Origin: Podarcis liolepis
Lineage: Eukaryota
Strand: one strand, 5' to 3'
DNA: 63,830 nt
NCBI GenBank assembly: GCA_965112155.1
Contig: OZ218100.1
Shown: positions 35,830-49,027 of the stretch, one piece after another
How the letters are laid out: each line of letters opens with the position of its first letter
How positions within the stretch are numbered: position 1 is the first letter of the stretch
Made by a program: the position numbers and the translations under genes
Notes under the pieces: generated by a model
Databases searched by the model: none
The model's input: the letters and a program-made list of their open reading frames with translations, nothing else
What the model was told of the DNA's origin: nothing

Positions 35830-38250
35830 CAGAGGCGTAGGAAGGTCAGGTGGTACCCGGTGCGTAAAATTTCTTGTCAATCCCCCCCCCCAACACACAT
35901 TTTTATTTTTATTGGCCTCCAAAAATGGTTTTACGTTATTTCATGTTTTCTTACAAAAGAGTATAGATTCTGGGCCTCTGATAACAAGTAGGTGACTATG
36001 GACAGATACTTAAATCTACAGGATGGATTATGTTTTGGCTTGTGTTATTTTATTTTTATTTACTGTTTATTTATTTAATAAAATTTATTTTTAAAAACCT
36101 GCAAAGTAGTTTACAAAAAAAACAACAACCAAAAAACACAGCAGTAAAATCAAGAAAAATTAACAATCCTACTTTAAACATACAAAAGTTAAAATATTAA
36201 GATTAAAATTACTTCAACTTCCTAAGCATCTAGGTATGCATGCCTAAAGAAGAATGCTTTTAGCAGGTGCCCGAAAAGAGTCTAGCAAAGGCATGTGCTT
36301 TGTTGCAACAGGCGGGGAGTTCCAAAGTGCAGGTGCTGTCACAGTAAACAATGCAGTACAGACATTATGTGGAACCTGTAGTAGTGCTTGAAACTACTGA
36401 AGGGGAGGTTTTATTTATTGTGATTTCACCATGCTCTGTATTATCTGAAAAGGAAAACATTTATTTAAAAAACAGGACTGCACAACAGCAATCTTGTCTC
36501 ATTATGATCAGTGGGACTTATTCCCGAGCCGACGGTGCATAAGATGGGCTGCAATCCTATGCACCCCTTGTATCCAACTTGTACTGAAAACTCTACACAA
36601 CCCTGCTCCAGAGAATTGTAGAGTTGGAAGGGACCCCTGAGGGTCATCTAGCCATACCCCTGGGGCAATGCAGGAATCTCAACTAGACCATCCCTGACCA
36701 ATGGCCATCCATCTTCTGTTTTTCTCCTCAGACACACAACAATGGACACTGGAGGTGGGGGAAAAGATAAATTTTGACAGATTTCTCAGGCGTGCGCAGG
36801 AACAGCTTGAAGACTTTACACAGAGAGGAACCCCACACGGGTTTCCCCACATGTAACATAACAGGCAGGGAGCCAGCTCAGATAGAGAGAAAGGCATTGG
36901 GGGAGGGGAGGACAAAAGAGTACCAAAGTCCACCCATTTTATCCTATTTTTGGGATGGTGGCACTAGGGCTCTGGGACCCCCCCCCCCAAAAAGTCTTCA
37001 ATGTATTGTTACCACTGTTATTCTATAGTCCCTTTTAAATTAAACACTTTCTCTAAAATTAAAACAGCAGAAGTAATCAGTAGCATAGATATCAAAGGAA
37101 AGGCGAGAGAATAGTCTCTAATAGATATAAGGGAGACACAGATACACAAGCACACAGAAGGAAATAATCCAGCCTTGGGGAGAGGGGTGGGAATGTACAG
37201 TTTGCTGCACTTAGCCTCAAGATGGGAGACTAAAAGGGCTTAAAAAATAAAAAACAAGTCATGTAGGAATATTTTTATGGAAAAGCATCAGACTGGTTGT
37301 CAAAAGTGTGAACTTCATTAATAGGCCCTATTTAAAGGAATTGGTCAATTAGCCATAGAATTGCTTTGCTGATTTTTCTCATCTTTTAATTACACAACTG
37401 CTTTTGGGGGGTCCTAGCTTCATGAAGGGAAGACTGGGGGCAAGGGGGAGGCTGGCCTGCTGAGCGCCCAGGGCGGTGCTTAGCTGCTCCTCTCGGCACC
37501 ATGCGTGAGCAAAATGGGGTGGCAGCGCTGCCATTGTCCCACACGCTCCACTTTTGGGGGCAGCAGAGGCTTTTCGGAGGGGGATTGGGGCCCAAAGGGG
37601 GTGCGCTGGACAGGCAGCGGCCTTGGCAGGCTTCCCCAGTAGCCCGGAAAGTTGGCCTATGCGAAGAAAATGAGACAAGGCTGAGTAGATTCAGCCTTGC
37701 CTTCACCCCAACCCAGCTGGCCAATCAGCTGTGGGCAGGGGGTGGGGCAAAGGCAAGGCCTAATCTATATGGCCTAGTCTCATTTTATTCACTTAGGCTG
37801 ACTTTCCAGGACCCAGGAAGCCCAGCTTAGGGTAGGGTAGTAGGGCGGTTCATAAAAAACATTTTTTTTAAAAAAATGCTTGCTCCAAAGGTCTTATCTT
37901 ACTACACTAGATATTATATACTGTAGCTATATCTGAAATTTCATGCATATCAGTTAATATATTGACCCTGCTCCACTGAATTGAAATTTCAGCCTTCACA
38001 ACATAGGAAAATGGCCAAGTAAACAGCTATTTTCTTAGAGGAGGGTCAACATATTAACTGATATGCGTGAAATTTCAGGTATAGCTATATAATCCCTAGT
38101 GTAGTAAGATAAAACCTTTGGAGCAGGCATTTTTTTAAAAAAAGTTTTTTATGAACCGCCCTAGTAGGGCAGTAATTGTTCATTGATAAATTGTCACCCC
38201 CCTCCATGATGGCACCTGGGGAGCCCTGCCTCCGCTTTCCTACAGCCCTG
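35830..38250. mobile_element. Candidate ~2.4-kb composite hAT-type element with nested insertions
   Basis: TIR-like CAGAGGCGTAGGAAGG versus reverse-complemented CAGGGCTGTAGGAAAG (12/16); 8-bp flanks AACTTATG / GAATTATG (6/8). Contains an L2-like 3' end (~36060-36345), a CR1 tip (~36610-36720), a palindrome (37646-37808) and a foldback element. Confidence 0.5.
37841..38163. mobile_element. Foldback-type DNA element with ~130-bp TIRs
   Basis: TAGGGCGGTTCATAAAAAAC...attgaccctgctc [spacer] gaggagggtcaac...GTTTTTTATGAACCGCCCTA; flanked by GTAG on both sides. Confidence 0.88.
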
Positions 38251-39242
38251 GAATTATGTCTTTCTAAATGATCTATTGCGGTAGACTATAACAAACTTCC
38301 ACTGAATGCATTTTTAAATCTGTGTATATTCCATGTATTTTAACAGTCCCAGAATATAAATATACTGTTTTAAAGCCATTACCTAGCATTTGTGTTCTAA
38401 AAGGAGTGATGACAGAAGGGGAAAAATCAAATGGTATTGTATTTGTTATCATTGGATATAGTGGATTATATTTTGTTTTGGGGGCTATTTTTTCCATTCA
38501 TTTTACTACATTTTAGTCTTCATTAAGGTTTATCTTTCCTCTCCAAGCCAATATAAAATCCAAAACACTTTTGTGTAGAGAAGAGTGTATTCACAAAGCA
38601 AAACCTTTTGAATTATTAGTAGGGGGAAAAATAAAGAGCTAATTGTCACTCTGGCACTTATAAATTTCAAAGCTGCTATGAAATTCAAATTGAGACCTGA
38701 AATGCTTTTATAGTCCATCTCTGGCCTACCAATAAACAGCAACCAGGCTTCATTTCAAGTTTCAAATTGCCTGCTTTTTAAAAAAATAAAAATATTTAAC
38801 AGACACATTCTAGCTTAATTAAAACATCATAAGTTTCATTTCCACTAGACTGATTTACTTGGAAATGTGATTTATTTATTTATTTATGAAATTCCAGTTA
38901 ACAAAAAGACCTACATGCCGTTCTAGTCACAGAGACAAAGAGACAAACACTGAATCAAGAAGGAAAGATAAATGGCACAAATACTGCTTGCATTAATTAA
39001 GGTGGCTTGCATTTCTTGAATATTATTTAAATTGGAAATAACAGGCAATCAAGATCCCATCACCGTGTTTTTGTGGAAGATCCTGTCCATTCCTTTCCCA
39101 CCATCCCCGATTAAGAATTGCAGGATTTGGTCTGCTGAGCATAGGACACAAAATCAGCGTATATCAATTGCAGGCCTTTTCTTTTTAAAGTAGAAGGAAT
39201 AACAGTATCGCCAACTGCTGTGTTTTTCTCTCTGAATAGTCT

Positions 39243-39272
39243 TGTTTTGTTTTGTTTTGTTTTGTTTTGTTT
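39243..39272. repeat. (TTTTG)n pentanucleotide repeat
   Basis: Directly visible. Confidence 0.9.
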
Positions 39273-40713
39273 TTAAGCTTAGCTCTATTTCTGTGTGGAA
39301 ATATCTGAAGCTCAATGAATGTGTCAGAATTATAATCCCCGCTGCCAGTCCTTAAAGAGGCTGGAGAAAAGTTTCTAAGTCTGGAACCTGCCTGATGTTA
39401 TAAACCATCTTTATAGCTGTTGGTTGACACAGAAATCTATGCTTATAGACTTCTAATTGCACCATACCAGTGCAGAGTCTTCTATGTGTGCGTGCCATAC
39501 TTTAAAATGTTGAGGAATCCTCCAAAACAGGAGGAATCTGTTGGATTCTGGTAAGTTCTATACCTAGTATATAAGACTGATTCTGGCTCACATTCTGGAA
39601 ATTCAATGATACTTTTCCTCTTATATTATGTTTCTGACCATTTCTGTAATGGAACTCAGACTTTGGGACTGCGCAGTGAGACAGAGGCCACTGGGGGAGG
39701 AGGGCAGGTTGTGTGGAAGCAGAAAAATGTCATGACACCGGGTTGGGATCAAAATTGCCACAATGTTATTGATTACACATGTAAGGAGGCTTTGGCATAA
39801 GCATTGGGTATGTATCCTGAAGCAGCCAACCTGGTTGTTGGCTGATAACTACATCAGGGTCGACCATGGGTTAAGGATTTCCCCATAACACAAATCAATG
39901 AGGGCAACAAGGTTGTCATTTGGATGTTCTATAGCACATTGGCCCCCATCTGGGCTTTTGGACAGAACCCTACCCCTGGACCTCTCTAAATTTGATCCTG
40001 GATCGGGGTGGGGTACCCACCCGTACCCACCCATCCCCTAACTTAGACTAAGGATCCAGTCCAATGCCCTTTTCAGCCAAAAGTTGTGACAGTTGCTACG
40101 AGGAAGGCAAAACCCTCAGACAGGCCCAATTCATCTGCAGGCAAATTCCTCCCCGGCAACTGATAAATTCCATAGCAGGGCCATACACATGCACTGTCCG
40201 CTTACCTCCAGACAGAACCAACAGCATAGGGGCAGGGGGGAGGTAGGACGTCCAGTTCTGATCACGCTGCCTGCTCTCAGTGCAGCCAGCTTTTATGCTG
40301 CAGTGATGGACTTGACAGAAGATTGGCTCCAACAGGTCCACTGCCAAAGCACTGCCTACCCAGAAGGCTGTGACTGGACCATTTGAATTTCAGTTTTTGC
40401 AGACAAGCCCGGTAGCCCCCATGGCCAGTTGAAGCTCACAGTGATGTCAGCCAGCCGTGCAGGCAGAACCCTACCTGCTGGCAGTAGTTGCCCCTGAGGC
40501 CAGAGTACAATTAGCAGTCTTTGTAAGTGCATCTTATTTTCTATACCACTCTTCTCGAAATTAATATTCCACCCCAACCTTTGCTTCCCTACCTCTCTAG
40601 TCCTAAGGCTAGTTTAGGGGATACTACAATGATTCTGTGTAGCCTTCATACTGTAGAAAAAGCAGTGAAATATTTCCAGCAATAGCCTTACACACATACC
40701 TATCTATATATAT

Positions 40714-40850
40714 CGGGGCAGCCATCACGATTCCCTTCCGATGTTGTTGAATTCCAACACCTATCGTTCCTGACCACTTGCTATAGCTGGTGAGGTTGAT
40801 TGAAATTGGAGTCCAACAACATCTGGAGGGTGCCACATTGGCTACCCCTG
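40714..40850. mobile_element. Short palindromic lizard MITE (ctccagatgttg..caacatctggag type)
   Basis: Ends ...caacaacatctggagggtgccacattggctacccctg; related degenerate copies near 17524-17605, 32485-32595 and 41040-41140. Confidence 0.6.
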
Positions 40851-41344
40851 ATAGGTATTACTATCCCATCACAACCAATCTTCAGTATAGTCTGAAGATT
40901 TGCTTTACTGGAAATTAAGATGGACCATAAAACCAACACCCATTAGTCACAACTATATAAAACAAAAGTTTTATACAAACAAAAGTTTTATACAAACAAG
41001 TTTTAAACAAAAAACGGTATTCTAAAGCAAAAATAGACAATGTGGTGTTCTTCAGATTCTGTTAGACTACAACTCCCATCATTCCTGGCCACTGGCTGTG
41101 CTTGCTGGGACCGAGGAGAGTTGTAGTTCCATCCAACAACAGATAAATAACACTGCACTGGATACCCCATGCTAGAGTTAGGTTATTTTCAAGTCCTATA
41201 CTGCAACTACTTCCTATTTTCCTTCACAACTAAGTTAAAGACAAGGGAAGAAAGAAAGAAAAAGAGCAATCATCAACTCCCCTGTCAGGGAAACAATATG
41301 CTGTTGCCATAGATTAAAACTTTAAACCAAAACAACGGAGTCAC

Positions 41345-41460
41345 AGGTCATTATTCAACTAAGTATTACTGAGAGTAGACCCATTGAAATCAATGAACTT
41401 AACTTCGTTCATTACTTTCAGTGGCTCTACTCCGGGTAAAACTTAGTTGAATGCCACCCA
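41345..41460. repeat. Old short palindromic interspersed repeat
   Basis: attcaactaagtattactgagagtagacccattgaa...ttcagtggctctactccgggtaaaacttagttgaat inverted arms; similar relic near 34690-34775. Confidence 0.55.
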
Positions 41461-41523
41461 TATATTTCTTGGCTTCCAGTTTTATGATATACTAATGTTT
41501 CCTGGAAGCTTTAAGGACATGCC

Positions 41524-41693
41524 GTAGGAGCACTGGAAACTTCTCATACCAACATGGACTACACAGACTGGCTGTGGCTCTACAGGATTTCAGACAGCAG
41601 TCTATTCCAGTACTCCCTGGAGAGGCTAGTGATTGAAATGTAGACCTTCTGCATGCAAAGCATTTGCTTTTCTACTAAACTATGAACTCTTCC
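41524..41693 (-). mobile_element. Old tRNA-derived SINE (same family as 30256 and 35308)
   Basis: gattgaaatgtagaccttctgcatgcaaagcatttgcttttctactaaactatg is the reverse complement of the tRNA-like head. Confidence 0.55.
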
Positions 41694-42535
41694 TCGCACT
41701 GTATCCTCTTCAGCAATGTGAGAAGCAATTTGTAAGAGGGAGCGTTCCATGCATTTCAAACACATGTAAGTATGGCATTAGCTAAACCTTTCTTAGTTTG
41801 GACTACTGGCAACCAAAGGAACCCTTTCACACATTGCTAGTAGGCTTTTTTAATTTGGTCATTCAGCAGCAACAGTTCTGCCAGTGTAACATAAAAATGG
41901 GAGATGTAAGAAATGAAGTATCTTGTAAAAGCAGTTTACTAAGATGTTATACAATTTGTGTGCTGGAGTGGGGTTAGGTTGCAAAAAGAAGCAGCAGCTA
42001 GAATTTCTAGAACTTGCTTCCTGTAAGAAACAAATGTGCCTAAACAGCGGTCAGTTATAGACTGTATCGTAAACCTCTCATATTCAGAATGTGAGAAAGA
42101 TGTAAAACAATGAGACACTGTATCAGAAAATACTGAAATGTTAAGATGCCTGAGATCATAGATTAATAAAGAGCCAACGTTCAGACCCCTGGGCTTTCCT
42201 CACCAGATCTATCCTTATTGCCGTCTGCTTTGATTTTCCCCAATAAACATGTGCCTGACTGTTTCCCCCAGAAAACATACTGATGTTGCTTGTAAGTGAC
42301 ACATAATTTTGCTAGATGCAAGATGGTTTCAGGCTTGTTCTGCAGCTGCTAACTCCTTCCTCCCCTTCCTCTGCTATGGGGACTATGTACTCCCCCTCTT
42401 TTTCTGTCTGTTACTGTCAGGATCCCTATCGTGGTCACATACCTCCTGTAACAACACGGGGGGAAATACTGGTTCCGTATGTACTTCAAAGCCTATTTAA
42501 AAAGGTTGGTATCCTGTAGTGCTCTTCTGCTTGTA

Positions 42536-42831
42536 CAGTGGTACTTTGCAAGATAATGCCTCGCAAGACGAAAAACGTGCAAGACGAAAGAGTTTTCCGT
42601 TTTTTGAGTCGTTCCACAAGACGAATTTCCCAATGGGCTTGCTTCGCAAGACGAAACGTCTTGCGAGTTCTTGCGAGTTTGTTTCCTTTTTCTTAAAGCC
42701 GCTAAGCCGTTAATAGCCGCTAAGCCGTTAATAGCCACTAAGCCGCTAATAGCCGTGCTTCGCAAGACGAAAAAACCGCAAGACGAAGAGACTCGCGGAA
42801 TGGATTAATTTCGTCTTGCGAGGCACCACTG
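42536..42831. mobile_element. Family A MITE with internal AGCCGCTAAGCCGTTAAT tandem repeats
   Basis: TA|CAGTGGTACTTTGCAAGA ... CTTGCGAGGCACCACTG|TA. Confidence 0.92.
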
Positions 42832-45800
42832 TATTCTACATCCATACAGAGCAACACAGAGTGAGCATTCTAATGAACACAAATAGCTCCAAATTTCCCC
42901 TTTGGGATCAAGCAGTTTATTGACACAGGTAAAGCTTAAGGTTGTAGGAGAAACTTTTATATGTGGGGCCAATTTAAAGCAGGGGAACACAGTTAAAATG
43001 AAAACCATGTGTGCCATAGTGAAGCCTCATCAACAAATCAGCCCCGTTCAAATGATGATTTCTTACTGTAATAAGACATAGAGGTGTGGCACCCAAGCTT
43101 TCTGAGGGTGGGACATACTTGTAATATGACCCTTTCTTATCTCTCATGTATGGCCTTGTCTGTTTTGAAAAATGAGATGGTTATTTAAGTTCCTTAAAGC
43201 TGTTTCCAGACAGTTGCTACTTTTGCGTGGGATTCAAACACATGCCGGCAAGTTCAGGTTACGCAATTAAAGTTGATTTGGTGCTCTTGTGAAACAAACC
43301 AGCTCTCTCTCACACCCCCATCTGACTTTTTCTGATAAGGAAAGTAATGGGAAGATGCACTGGAAAGTATAGGATAACAATTGCTTGATACAATGTCATA
43401 TAATCTCCCTGCAAGCAAATCAATAAATAGCTCAATAAATAGCCAGCATTGTCTAACTTCCCTGCAACTTTGTGCAAACAAATCAGGATGAATGCTAAAT
43501 AAACAGGTTGTCTAGAAGAGGCTTGGGGTTGTTGTTTTTTTGTATTTCTAGGTATCCGGATTGCATTAACAGTCAGACATGACAAATGAAAGGTTCTAGC
43601 CACGGAATAACACAGAACGGTATTGGACCCAGGGGAATTAAGTGGTACAGAATACAATCAGCATACGGGTCAGGTGAAAGTGTGGATGAACCCCATGTTT
43701 CTCAATGAAACAACCCACCTTCAAACGTTGGTTTCTGAAGTTACATAACATTTGCGTAGTTCTAGCATAATTTATGTTAAAATAAATAGTTCAAATAGCT
43801 TGCAGCTCTGCTTTGAGGTCTTCCTCTCTGCTGCCATGAAACAGTGATTCAGAATTGACCTTAGAAAGTTAACTATGGCAATAAATGTTCATTTCATTCA
43901 CTTAGTATACTTAATATTTCATTCATTTAGTATGCTTAATAAAGTTGGCCTCAGACTCAGATGAAAGCCACGTCAACAGATTAGGAAGCAAATATAAAGT
44001 TATGTGTGGCACATCAGATTTTTTTTTACAATGAAATATATTTAACTGTACATGCAGTACACTTAGAAGCATACCTGAAAATCTAAACATGCACTGAACG
44101 GCCCTTGGAAACAATACTCAAACTTACCATTTTCCTTTGTCTATATCACTGTACCTCAGCTGTTGAGTTACAGAAATAATGGCAGCATTCAGATGTAACA
44201 ACAATCTGTTGTAGTGATGAACTATGGGAGCAGGTCTGGGCAAGTAAATAAATTGTGTTTATTGTTATATAAAATCATTAATAGCAATAATAACATGTAA
44301 ATAATTGTTAGATCTAAGTGGATGTGTGTATTGGATTGTGTAGATTTGTGCATCAAAGTAGTAGACATGGGGGTCCTGCCTTTTTATTTTAGAGAGATGC
44401 AGGAATAAAACATGCAGGAAGGATTCTTCTGAATTGCTTCACTAAGAAAACCTGCTCCCGCCTTTCAGTGTTCTGGCCAATGAGCTGAAAGGAACTGGGG
44501 TGACTGGCATGCAAAGGAAGCAGTGATGTCCTGCCTCATTTCCCTCCTTTGCGTGCACTGATCAATGAAGAATTTTTTGCTCCAGTTGGCCATGGCTGCA
44601 TTATTTTCCTGGCTGCATTTATGTTCCTGGCTAGTGGAGTGGTATTGATTTTCTGGCTCAAAAACAAATTGGCAGATACATGATATTTATTTTTCTGGCT
44701 TGAGAGCAAATTGGTAGGCATGTGGTATTTTTTTATTTAATTAAAATTAAATTGTATATTATTAAGATTATATAATCATAGTTATTTGTTTATTTATTTG
44801 CAAGATTTCTTTTGCACTGTTCAGCAGAGCTGCCCAGAGCAGTTTGCAAGAACAAGATAAAAAATACAAATAAAACAAAAACACCACGTTTAAAAAGTTC
44901 ATTAATGCACGCCAACTGTATTAAGCATTTTGCCGTTGGTCACACAAGCATGCTCTAAAGCAAAATGTATGGATACACACCACCAGATTTATATACAAAA
45001 GTCCTGGTGGGGCAATGATACTATTTGATGTTTTTATTCTTTTATTATGGTGTCTTTATCTCTCAACAAAAATAACCCCTTTCTGTGTATCCCAAAAAAT
45101 TAATACACAGATGTACAGATTTTAATATATAGATATTTTGGTGAATCAAACATTGGCCCTGATCCAGTAAGGCATAATCTACATATAAAAATAAGCTTTT
45201 GCACTGTGCCTGTGAGCACTAGAGTAAAACCTTCCACATCTGGCCTCCTGCATGATCTCTTGTGTTTAATCCAGGGATCTATAGGAGCAAAGCAGCCAGC
45301 TGTTGCACTTGAGGACCATTCCCCCCCCCCTTGTAGAGGAACTAACTGTCGGTGCAGCCTTTCTCAGTACAATGATGTTACCCAAGCAATTTCACAAGGA
45401 TAATATTTTTTATGGATATACACACCTGCCAGTGTATATATTAATGGGGTGGATTCATGAGAAATGTTTTCAACAGGACATTGAGAAGATAGAATCAACT
45501 GACAATGACTTTATTATGGCAAAAGTGGGAGTAGGCCTTGGGCCTTTTTATTGGTTGGAGTACAGCTTTTGTATTTAAAGCAAGCTTGCACAAGTCTGAG
45601 CCAAACCAGTCATATATTGCGGCCTGCCAGTTGCTTGACAGAAGAAGAAGAAACAAAAAATTGAAGTTTGATAAGTCCGTGGTTATGGGCCAGCATACAG
45701 TCTCCTTGGAACGGAACACCACACACCATATAGCAGACCTGGTGTGAGGACCGGGCTTGTTCTAAACTCACAATATATCACCTTAATTTGGTACCCTGTA

Positions 45801-46660
45801 GTACCAATGGGGATTGTCTCGTCCACTATTGACTATTCTGACTGGCTGTGTCCATTGCCAAAAATTTGGCTCCATAGATTCAAAAGTAATGGAAAGCTGC
45901 TAATATGACAGGGTCTGACAAACAAATTCAGCAGGTTCTTTCCCAAGAAGGCTTCCAGAATGAGAGAATGATAATGTTCCAAACAGAATATAAAGTGTAA
46001 GATCACTTTTTCTGAGTTTCAAAATTCCACGTGAAAGTATATCAATTCTGTTTTATTCATGCATTTACATACTTCCTGGATGAATAATACTTCACAACAA
46101 CAAAATGAAACCATTTATGACAGAGACAGACTGAGGCTGGGTAGGGTGAGGTGATATCATACAGGGCAACTGCTTTTCCCCCCCAGGGGTTACTCAGTAC
46201 AGGCAACTATTTTTGTTGTTAAAAAGTATGGCACTTACTGTTACAACTTCATGAAAACTTCTAGAAAGAAAAGCACTGCAGGGTAATGAATGTTTGCTAG
46301 ATAAATATGTACTGGGTGTGCTTTTTCTTCCCTCATCATCTGCTACCTGATATAGTTGCTTCATTTTGCTTAGTGGTTGGGCTGGTTCCCTTTCCCACAT
46401 GTCTGAGGGGCTACAAACAATAGTGTCTCCATGTAGTAAGTACGTAGTGGTTTTACATCCTGACTATATATTGTCAGGGATAGAACATTGTGACTTTATC
46501 TTAGCATCTGTCAGAGAACACATCTTGTTCTAGATGTGTCAAATGTCTGGATGCTACACTCAGTGCTTTTTTCCTATTTTAAAAAAAATGTTTAGGGGTG
46601 TACTCATTTTGACTCAAGAAAATCACCATTTTATAGTTCAAATCCTCAAAGCTACTAACA

Positions 46661-46919
46661 CATGGGTAGGCAAACTAAGGCCCGGGGGCCGGATCCGGCC
46701 CAATCACCTAAATCTGGCCTGCAGACGGTCCGGGAATCAGTGTGATTTTACATGAGTAGAATGTGTCCTTTCATTTAAAATGCATCTCTGGATTATTTGT
46801 GGGGCATAGGAATTTGTTCATTCCCCCCCCCCCCAAAAAAATATATAGTCCATACAAGGTCCCACAAGGTCTGAGGAACAGTGGTCCGGCCCCTTGCTGA
46901 AAAACTTTGCTGACCCCTG
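46661..46919. mobile_element. hAT (Charlie-like) MITE with perfect 8-bp TSD
   Basis: TACTAACA|CATGGGTAGGCAAACT ... AACTTTGCTGACCCCTG|TACTAACA (TSD 46653-46660 and 46920-46927); repeated GGCCC subterminal motifs. Confidence 0.92.
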
Positions 46920-48484
46920 TACTAACATGAATTTGACCAAACTGCTCTGGCTCACAGAAGATACTCCAGTTCCTGTCTGTACATTCCACTCTCCAGGCAA
47001 AGCTGCACTCAGGCACATGTGACATAGCTAATAGTCAGGTGAACTTAATTTAGCACTTCTGTTCCCTGGTGAAATAAATTATTATGTACTGCAGGTAGAT
47101 TAAAAAAAACTACTACTACTATTTGGGTGGTGTTATGTATATATTGTTTGATTAAAGCAAATGTAAACATGGGCATCTTAAGGAAGCACTTCTCACCTAT
47201 TGCTGCACCAAATGCTATTGCCCATTGGGAGATTAAACCTAAATGTTTTGTGATGGGAGCACAAATAAATAAATCCTGAAACCTTCCAGGTTCTAAATGA
47301 AATAGTGCTTAGCTGCTTATTATTTCTGAAACTGATATTGAGATCCTGATTTCATGCTATCAGTACTTCACAGTCGGATTACTGTAATGAATTTTATTTC
47401 GATCACACCATATCTCTTGTGAGTTGCTAGTAAATGGTCCAGAACTTAACAGTTAGACTTCTTTCTTTTGAGGTGTCACTATCTTATCACTTGAATTCTT
47501 TTCACTGGAAAGCTTTACCAATGTAACTTAGAATCTAGACCTACTGTTGACCTTCAAATGGCATCAGCTCATTTTTAGGCTTCTCTCTGCCCCCCCCCCC
47601 AACTCATAGCTCAGATCGCTTAATTAAAACTTTGTACCAGCAAGTTTCAGAACCTCTCCCTCAGTGGTCACAAATGAATCCCTTGCTGTCATTTTCTCAA
47701 GGAGGTCAAACTAGGCTTCTTTTAGTTGGCTTTAAAGTTGCAGCAGTCACCTGTCCATCATTGCACCAGCAAGACCTAGGAAACAAAAGCTTTTATGCTG
47801 AAGAAAGTAGGTGTGGTTCTCAAACTTGATTACGCATTTGACATAAATCCATAGGCACCTGATAGACCCATAGTGTAAGTGGAGGACATGCTGCTGAGCT
47901 GGCCCTTAGTAAAGGCCCATTGAGCCAAGCTACTACTCCTTCTTGGGATATGGTAGCATATAACCTATGCATTTGGAAACATCTGCTATAGAAGTACAGC
48001 TTTAGAATACATGTGGGTGATTGCATGTCTTCATTTCCTCTCAAATTTAATACTCCATGTATGTAAAAACATACCATTTTAGCCTTCCTTCACATCCTCT
48101 TCCCTAATGCACTAATTTTCCATGGACAGGGAATTCTTTATATGGAAGCACATTCTAACATGATTGTCCTGCAAGCTGAAGTGGTACCACATGGTTGTTC
48201 TGAATGTGTAGTTTAATTGGGATGGAATCCCTGACCAATAGAGGTTCAAGTAGATTGGGGACATTGTGTAGGTGAGTCTGTGCTGACAGTAGGGCTCTGA
48301 TTGAAGGCCCAAGTGCACTCTTTCAGTGCATACAGTTTGCTTTTGAGATGTGAATGGGTATGTCTACCTGTGCCGTTCTCTCACCAAATTGCACTACACA
48401 CAGGGATTAGCATAAGGGCCTTGCATAGCTGACTTGTGCTGTGGAGAAAGTAGCTACGTTGTTGTTATTCCGCCATCTACTTGA

Positions 48485-48565
48485 CATAAGAATAGCCTGG
48501 TGGATCAGGCCAATGGACCATCTAGTCCAGCATCCTGTTCTCACAGTGGCCAACCAGATGCCTGT
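48485..48565 (-). mobile_element. 3' tip of a second CR1-type tail family
   Basis: cataagaatagcctggtggatcaggccaatggaccatctagtccagcatcctgttctcacagtggccaaccagatgcc; an opposite-strand copy lies at ~51615-51700. Confidence 0.7.
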
Positions 48566-48765
48566 GAAAAACCAGGGAACTATTTATTTATGTACCCTGC
48601 TGCACCTGATTGAACTTATAGTTTATAGATCTGAATATTACTGGACTAGAACTGGGAAACATTACATCTGAGCGACCCAGGTGTTCGATAAGTATGCAGT
48701 ATCCTGTTCTTGGATTTTTATTTTTATTCATTTTTTTGCAGATGCTATGTCAAGCATCCCATATA

Positions 48766-49027
48766 CAGTGGTGCCTCGCAAGACGAAATTAATTCGTTCT
48801 GCGAGTTTTTTCGTCTTGCGAATTTTTTGTCTTGTGAAGCACGGTTTCCCATAGGAATGCATGAATTAACGGTTTTAAGAAAAAGGAAACAAACTTGCAA
48901 GACGTTTTCGTCTTGCGAAGCAAGCCCATACGGAAATTCGTCTTGCGAAGCAACTCAAAAAACAAAAAACTCTTTCGTCTTGCGAGTTTTTCGTCTTGCG
49001 AGGCATTCGTCTTGCGAGGTACCACTG
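48766..49027. mobile_element. Family A MITE
   Basis: TA|CAGTGGTGCCTCGCAAGACG ... CGTCTTGCGAGGTACCACTG|TA. Confidence 0.93.

Noticed and set aside
40962-40995. 17-bp tandem duplication acaaaagttttatacaa
   Set aside because: Ordinary slippage in A-rich DNA.
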